A DNA stretch of 64,000 nt from Pseudogymnoascus verrucosus (lineage: Eukaryota), in the NCBI GenBank assembly GCA_001662655.1, contig KV460209.1. One strand, given 5' to 3'. Under the pieces are notes generated by a model. The model was not told the origin of the DNA. It worked only from the letters and a program-made list of their open reading frames with translations, and searched no databases. Each line of letters opens with the position of its first letter. The stretch's first letter is position 1. Made by a program: the position numbers and the translations under genes. Shown here piece by piece: positions 57,300 to 64,000 of the stretch.

Positions 57300-58164
57300 T
57301 TATACGACCTCCCCTTATTTTTTGGTGCAGGGCGAGAGCATGATTTAGAAGCATAGTTTGTTACAATGCGTTTTCTATCCCGGCTGAAAAATATGGGTTA
57401 GGGTTTTGATTATCTTATCAGTATACAACTTATATAATCTTGTAATTTTACGTGTGATTATATTTTATCACCGCTCAATTTATTTTAAATACTCCGAAAG
57501 CTTCCCCACTATTAAGCTTTCCTAAAAGCACGTAAAAGCCACAATAATAGCTACATAAATCTACCTGAGCCCAGACATACATATAGATATATTTAGTAAG
57601 TATATCTGAATTTAGGCAAATCTGCCATGAACCACTTCTCTTGGGATCTGCATGGTACAGCCAGCTCCCGAGGTATTTCCGTTAACCATTAATCCGAACA
57701 CCCTTGGCAGGCTGTCGTGCGGGGAAGGCCGTGCCAACGCCACCCATCGAGACCAACGCGGGACGCAATATTGTCAATATCGTGGTGCAAAACCAACCCA
57801 CTAGCTTTGATTGATTGCACTCTCTGATAAGCTGCAAGCGAGACCAAGCCTACATGATACACCCAAAGCTGGTCCGACACGGAACGATGCGGCTGGAGGC
57901 GCCATGAAATCACTTACCATGGGCGCGTGTGGCACTTAGGCCAGAAATTCTAACTCCGGAGGGGTGTTTATCAGACAGGAATGTGATACGTGGGGGATGA
58001 GCAAAGGCTCTGGGCGTGCATCACTGTGTGGGGTTCGGAGTATGTGAGACCGGAACTATGTTAGTCGGATTGATTTGGATTTATTTTCCACCTCTATAGC
58101 TTTACAGCTTCGATAAATACTACTTTACCTCATTGTCCGCGAACATTCAATCAACAGGGCGAGA

Positions 58165-59912
58165 ATGGCTACTTTCACCAGAATCCCAGATGGAGAGACT
58201 CCAGTCATCGACGTCGACCCTTCAAGAAGGGTTGCGAAGATTGATAAGAACATATATGGAGGATTTTTAGAGTAAGTGAGCTTCTTTGTGAATTTTGTAT
58301 AACGGGCTGTAATAATATTTGGCATCACCATGTGCCATCTATTACCCCGCGCGAACCACCTCATCCCAACATGAATCTCGACCCCAAATCAAGCACCGAG
58401 AGCAACCCCAACTGACATCCCTAGGCACATGGGCCGCTGCATCTACGGTGGCATCTACCAACCCGGCCACGCCTCCGCCGACACCCACGGCTACCGCACC
58501 GACGTCCTCAAGTCCCTGCAAACCCTTGACATCCCCGTCCTCCGCTACCCCGGCGGCAACTTCGTCGCAACCTACCACTGGCAAGATGGCATTGGGCCTC
58601 GCGAATCGCGTCCCACGCGCCCTGAGCTCGCGTGGGAGGGCGTCGAGACCAACGAGTTCGGCACGGATGAGTTTCTGCACTGGCTTACGGTGCTGGGGAA
58701 CTGTGAGGGTGGGGTGGGGAAGTGGACTGTTGAGCCGTACTTTGCGCTGAATTTTGGCACGGGAACGCTGGATGAGGCGTTGGCGTGGGTGGAGTATTGT
58801 AATGGGAAAGGCAATACGTATTATGCGAACCTGAGACGGAAGAATGGCAGAGAAGAGCCATGGGGCGTTAAGTACTGGGCTCTGGGTAATGAGGTGAGTT
58901 CTCACATCCTGCTACCTTAAGTGACCTAGCTAATAATCTCTAGATGTACGGTCCCTGGCAAGTCGGCCAGCTAAACGCAGAAGACTATTCCAAAAAAGCC
59001 ATCGTCTTCGCCAAAGCTCTCCGACTCCTCGATCCATCCCTCGTCCTCGTCCTCTGCGGCGAAACCGGCTACTCAAGCTGGGACTTCGAAGTCCTCCGCT
59101 CCTGCATCCCCTACGTAGACATGCACAGCATCCACATCTACACCGCGAGCTCCGACCACATGAAGAACGTCAGCGCGCCTCTCATCGCTGAGCGCGCCAT
59201 TGAAGCCACAGCTGCTTTCATCGACGTCGCGCGCATCGAGAATAACATCGCGCCTACTAAGCCGCGCACTACTATCTGCTTTGATGAGTGGAACGTGTGG
59301 TCGCCGACGCGGGCGCCTGGGAACCTGGGGGCGGAGGAGAAGTACACGCTCTCTGATGCGTTGGCGGTGGGGGTGTGGCTTAATGTGTTTGTGAGGCAGG
59401 CTAAGTACATGGGGATGGCGAATATTGCGCAGTCGGTTAATGTGATATCGCCACTTATGACGACGGAGAAGGGGATTGTGAAGCAGACGACTTTCTGTAT
59501 TTTGGAGTTGTTTAGCAGGTATATGAGGGGGTGGACGGTGCATACGCATGTTAGGGGGGGAGTTTACACCGGGGACACTGAGCCAGCGTGGTTGAAGGGG
59601 GTTCAGGAGGAGGGGATCAATACGCTGGATGTTAGTGCTACTGTTGGTAAGGACGGCTGGGTCAGCGTGGCGGTGGTGAATATGGATGAGAATAAGGATG
59701 TTGAGGTGGATTTGAAGATAGGAGGGGCGGTGGAGGGCGGAGTGGAGACACATACTGTGACGGGCGAGAATGTGAATGTGGTTAACACAGAGGAGGAGGA
59801 GGTGCGGATAGCGGAGGGTACGTGGGATGGAAAGGGGAAGTACACGTTCAAGAAGCATTCCTTCACGCTGTTGAGATGGAAGAGCGATGAGAAGATCGTA
59901 GGCAGCGAATAG
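58165..59912 (+). CDS. GH51 alpha-L-arabinofuranosidase (intracellular AbfC type)
   Basis: IYGGFLEHMGRCIYGG, LRYPGGNF, acid/base WALGNE, nucleophile CFDEWNVW, MANIAQSVNVISP; introns 58272-58424 and 58894-58943; no signal peptide. Confidence 0.95.
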
Positions 59913-60097
59913 ACTGTAGATAGCGTATAGAAGGTTCTCGCTCAGGTCGGTCCTCACACAGAGGTCATTATTATTATAATTCTTTGGAATATAACGGAGT
60001 GATCTGAGAACGTATGTATATTTAAATATATGTAGGTATCAACTGCAACGCTATGCTCCACTAACATCTATCCTATACTCTCTTCTCCAACCCCTAC

Positions 60098-60910
60098 TCA
60101 TTCTAGCAAGAATCTCAAGAACGCCCTCGCCACCAATACACCGTCTTGCTTATTTTCTAATCTCGCCATCGCATCTTTGAATGACACGTCGTCGATTGTG
60201 CCGCTCGCGTTGCGGGCTACCAGAATCTCCCTAAGGATCCCGCCTGTGTACTCTGGGTGCCCTTGAATAGTAATTACACGGCGTGGTATGTACATCGAAT
60301 GGTTGAGGCACTGGTCGGTATGTGCCAGGGGCTCGACGCCCTCGGGATAGGCGGCGACTACATCGCGGTGTAGCTGGTGAATAGCCTGTAGGAAACATAA
60401 GTCAGTTCTGCTTCACAACTCAAACAGTGGGTTGGAGAAATCATATACCAGTTTCTCCTGTCCAAATATCTCCTTCCCCGCCGGCGTAAGTGTCAAATCC
60501 GTAACGCTCAGCTCCCAGCCCTTCTCACTACGGCCCACCGGAGCACCAAGCGCACGCCCCACGATCTGGTGGCCAAAACAGACGCCTACTATCCGGACCC
60601 TATCCTGAGCCAGGACCTTCTTCGTGTACTCGACGAGTTTGAGGATCCAGGGGTCGCTCTCGAAGGAGTTGTGCTTTGAACCGGTCATCAGGATGCCGTC
60701 AAGGTCGTCGAGGGACGGCGGGTATATCTCCTTCACGACATCGTAGGCTGAGATGATGAGGTCGGATTCGGGGAGGGGAGGACTGAGAGAGGATGCTGCG
60801 TCGCGAAGGAGAGAGGTGAAGAGGCCGCCATAGGTGCCGTGGGTTTTTTGGACGCCAGGTGGCGGGGTATCACACTCGAGGATCGCGATGCGGAGGGGTC
60901 GTGGTGTCAT
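60098..60910 (-). CDS. Class I glutamine amidotransferase-like protein
   Basis: RIAILECD, ILMTGS, catalytic GVCFGHQ and TIQGHPE; one intron. Confidence 0.92.
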
Positions 60911-61655
60911 TGTCTAGGTTCGTTAGATGCAGTGCTTTATAGAGAATAAATAACTTTTGGGGGTTGGTAGTACTTAAATGGGGGAGCGTTACACTCAGCG
61001 TATTGATCAGGTAATAGTTCGGAGAGGGGAGGCCGTTGTCGGGGGAGGCGTATATGAATTGGGGTTGATGGGGTTGATCGATAAGGGTCTTATCGCCACG
61101 GTTGGGGTCGATGGGTCAGTCAATGGGGAAGGACGGAGACTTGTTAGCCCGCTTCCAGGGCGGGGTAGATAGAGGCTTGGCGAGTCATACGGAGAGTACA
61201 GGAAAGGGCGCCTTCCAGAAAATAGCTGTGGACCCCTGCTAACATTGACAACCATTCACAACATCTTACTACCACTGTGAGGCAAGGCCTATGAGCCATT
61301 TTGCGCATATAATTCTTATAAATTACTACATATACAGCATACAGTCCAGTTCCATACATACACACATACAAATCTCGTACGCAGACGAGCACGGAATTAT
61401 ACGTATGACTACCAATGCAACTTGCGGGTAAGCGGCGGGATGTGCAGCCAGACCCGCGATAGCTTGATCCTAGCGTATGCAATTTCTAGAATATGTGGGG
61501 GTTGTCCCCATATGCACCTGTGACTAACTTGAGCACACTTGAGGCCTTTTCTTTATAATACGCCTTCCCATGGAGTGTAGGACAAAGGTGACTTTCCCTG
61601 ACTTCCCCTCTCCTCTCCCTCAACCTCGCTGAGACAAGAAGCAGAGTTCGTCACG

Positions 61656-63780
61656 ATGCCAGGCAGTGACGACGAGAACCCTGGGCAGTCGTCGATATCA
61701 GCGATAAGCACCGACGCCCATCGCCGAAGAGCGGTCTCGGAAGACACTCCTCTGTTACGAGCAGCTACCGATGTGCCGTATTACCACAGCACCCAGTCTC
61801 CGGATGAGACGTTCCGGGACCATGAGCTGGCAGCCGACGTCGAGCTAGGACCCGATGACGAGACACAGAGCGAGTATGAAAGCCGGCTGGGACGCACGAT
61901 CTCGTATTCGAGCCAGACCGGGATCGAGCCCGGGTCTCTGGAGTCGCCGATGCTGCGGGATACCTCGAGACGAAGACAAGGCGGCAATAAAACAGTGAAC
62001 GGGATACGGAGTAGTAGTCGGGGCTCTGCTGCCACAGGTGCCGAAGGAGATGGGAACGACCAGGAACAGAAGAGCCCCTTTCGCGGGGGGATTAGCGTCC
62101 GCCAGTTCTGGCTTATATTTCTGGGCTTGATGGGCAATATGTTTATCGTTTGCTTCGACAGTACGATAATGGCGTCCAGTCATCCGGTTATAACGTCGCA
62201 TTTCCACTCAGCGAATAGCGCCTCCTGGCTGTCGACAGCCTTCTTATTGACCTCAACGGCTTTCCAACCTCTGGCTGGGCGGTTGTCGGATACCATGGGG
62301 AGGAAACCGCCGTTGATCTTTGGGATGATCCTGTTCACAGCCGGAACACTGTGGTGCGCGCTGGCGCAGAGCATGACTAGCTTTATTTTGGCTAGGGCCC
62401 TCTGTGGTCTTGGAGCTGGTGCCTCAATGACTATAGGAAGCATCATTACATCGGATCTAGTGCCAATTGAGATCCGCGGGATCTACCAGTCCTATATTAA
62501 TATTGTATATGGACTTGGATCGGCTATGGGGGTGGCCACTGGCGGTGCCATGGCTGATCACCTTGGTTGGCGGTGGGAATTTGGAATACAAGGTATGTCT
62601 CATTTACGAGTTATCAGGGCAATTTGGGACTCTACTGACATGTTCCAGTTCCCGCGCTGGTACTTATCCTTGTTACTTCTTGTGTCTTCGTGCCACCCAA
62701 TTTAGGCCTGAGTCACAACATGGAGAATGAGAGTTTCCTAACCGCAATGAAGACATTCGATTATAAAGGATCCCTCGTTCTTACAGCAGGCACCACATTC
62801 CTAATCCTATCTTTAGTAAGCCCCCCCCCACCTATGTTTCCGAACCCCTCTAATCCCTACCAGAGTCTCGGAGGCAACATCTACCCCTGGACACACCCCC
62901 TCGTCCTCACCGCCCTCTCCATCTTCGTCATCAGCACCCCCCTCCTCATTTACATTGAATCTCGTGCCCCCCGCCCCATCATGCCTCTCTACCTCTTCAC
63001 CCGCGCCCCCCGCAGCAACCTCATCTTCTCCAACTTCATCAGCGCAGCCACCATCAACGCCATCCTCTTCAACATGCCCATTTTCTTCCAAGCGGTCCGC
63101 CTCGAGACTGCAACTTCTTCCGGTCTCCGCCTTCTTGTCTCTGCGTTGGCTGGCACAATTTGCGGAGTTAGCACGGGATTCCTGATTACCTGGTCGAGGC
63201 GCCTGAAATGGCCTCTTGTTCTTGGAGCGGCGCTCGTGTTTCTTGGACCGGTCACGTTGACGACGATTACGAAGGATATGCCTATATTAATAATATTGAT
63301 ATTCCTGGCTCTGGGTAGTATGGGACAGGGCTTCCAGTTCCCAGGCACCTTCATGGCTATCTTGGCCGTTAGTGAACAGTCGGAGCAGGCGGTGGTGACG
63401 AGCACGCTTATGCTGTGGAGGAGTATAGGGACGGTGATTGGAGTTGCGTCAAGTAGTTTGGTGTTGCAGAATGCGCTGGTTAAATACTTGGACGCGTTTG
63501 TTAGTGGGCCGGATAAAGAAGAGGTTAGTTGCTACATTACGCCCCTTCTTCCCTAGGGAAGCTATTTGTATCCATTGCTAACTCGTTTGCACAGGTTATC
63601 CGAAAGGTGAGAGGAAGCATAGAAGCAATCGTCGACCTGGACCTATACTACAGGGACCAGGTCGTAGCAGCGTATTCTGCTAGTCTGCGCGCTACGTTTG
63701 TCGCGGCTGCGGGAGTGGGATTGATCACCCTCCTTCTCGTGCTTCCTATCCGGATGCCGAGGTTGGGGAAACGGAACTGA
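61656..63780 (+). CDS. MFS transporter, DHA2/vacuolar basic amino acid transporter (Vba)-like
   Basis: FDSTIMAS, SWLSTAFLLTSTAFQPLAGRLSDTMGRK, ARALCGLGAG, SDLVPIEIRG, LGWRWEFG, WRSIGTVIGVA; three introns. Confidence 0.9.
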
Positions 63781-64000
63781 AAATGTGCCGTTTGGTTGGG
63801 GGGGGTTTGTGAGTAATGGTTTGGTTACGAAACAATGTGAAAGACATAATTTATAGATAAAATTGATACCAGGACTATTAAATATTTATGCAAGGCGTTA
63901 TCTAACGGGTTTTAAGGCCTGGTTCGCTACATGTCCTTTCGATTCGAGTGAGCTTGTCATCGCCACTATTCGCAAAGCATTCAACAGAACCCCCAAGCAA

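Overview
Gene-dense filamentous ascomycete (Pezizomycotina-type) genomic DNA with short GT-AG introns and CTAAC/CTAAT/CTGAC branch sites. The window holds about 22 protein-coding genes (the first partial), one pseudogene and two tRNA genes (Ser-AGA; intron-containing Pro-TGG). Conserved genes (ESF1, VCX1-type Ca2+/H+ exchanger, IML1, GATase, MFS transporters, GH51) are interleaved with accessory genes. The best candidate for a new system is the 22-28.5 kb block. It contains a 7-exon gene, hidden in the ORF track, that fuses a motif-complete Ser/Thr kinase to a C-terminal YTH (m6A-reader-type) domain. This gene lies head-to-head (574 bp) with a gene encoding a HeLo-like N-terminus plus a pseudokinase (an MLKL-like layout), and a KP4 killer-toxin gene follows. 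Also present: a Goodbye-NACHT-TPR-ZZ NLR-like gene, an intronless bacterial-type threonine aldolase, a bacterial-like acyltransferase-3, a pseudogene carrying only nonsense lesions, and unusual repeats beside both tRNA genes. All domain calls come from motif recognition by eye; no database search was run.
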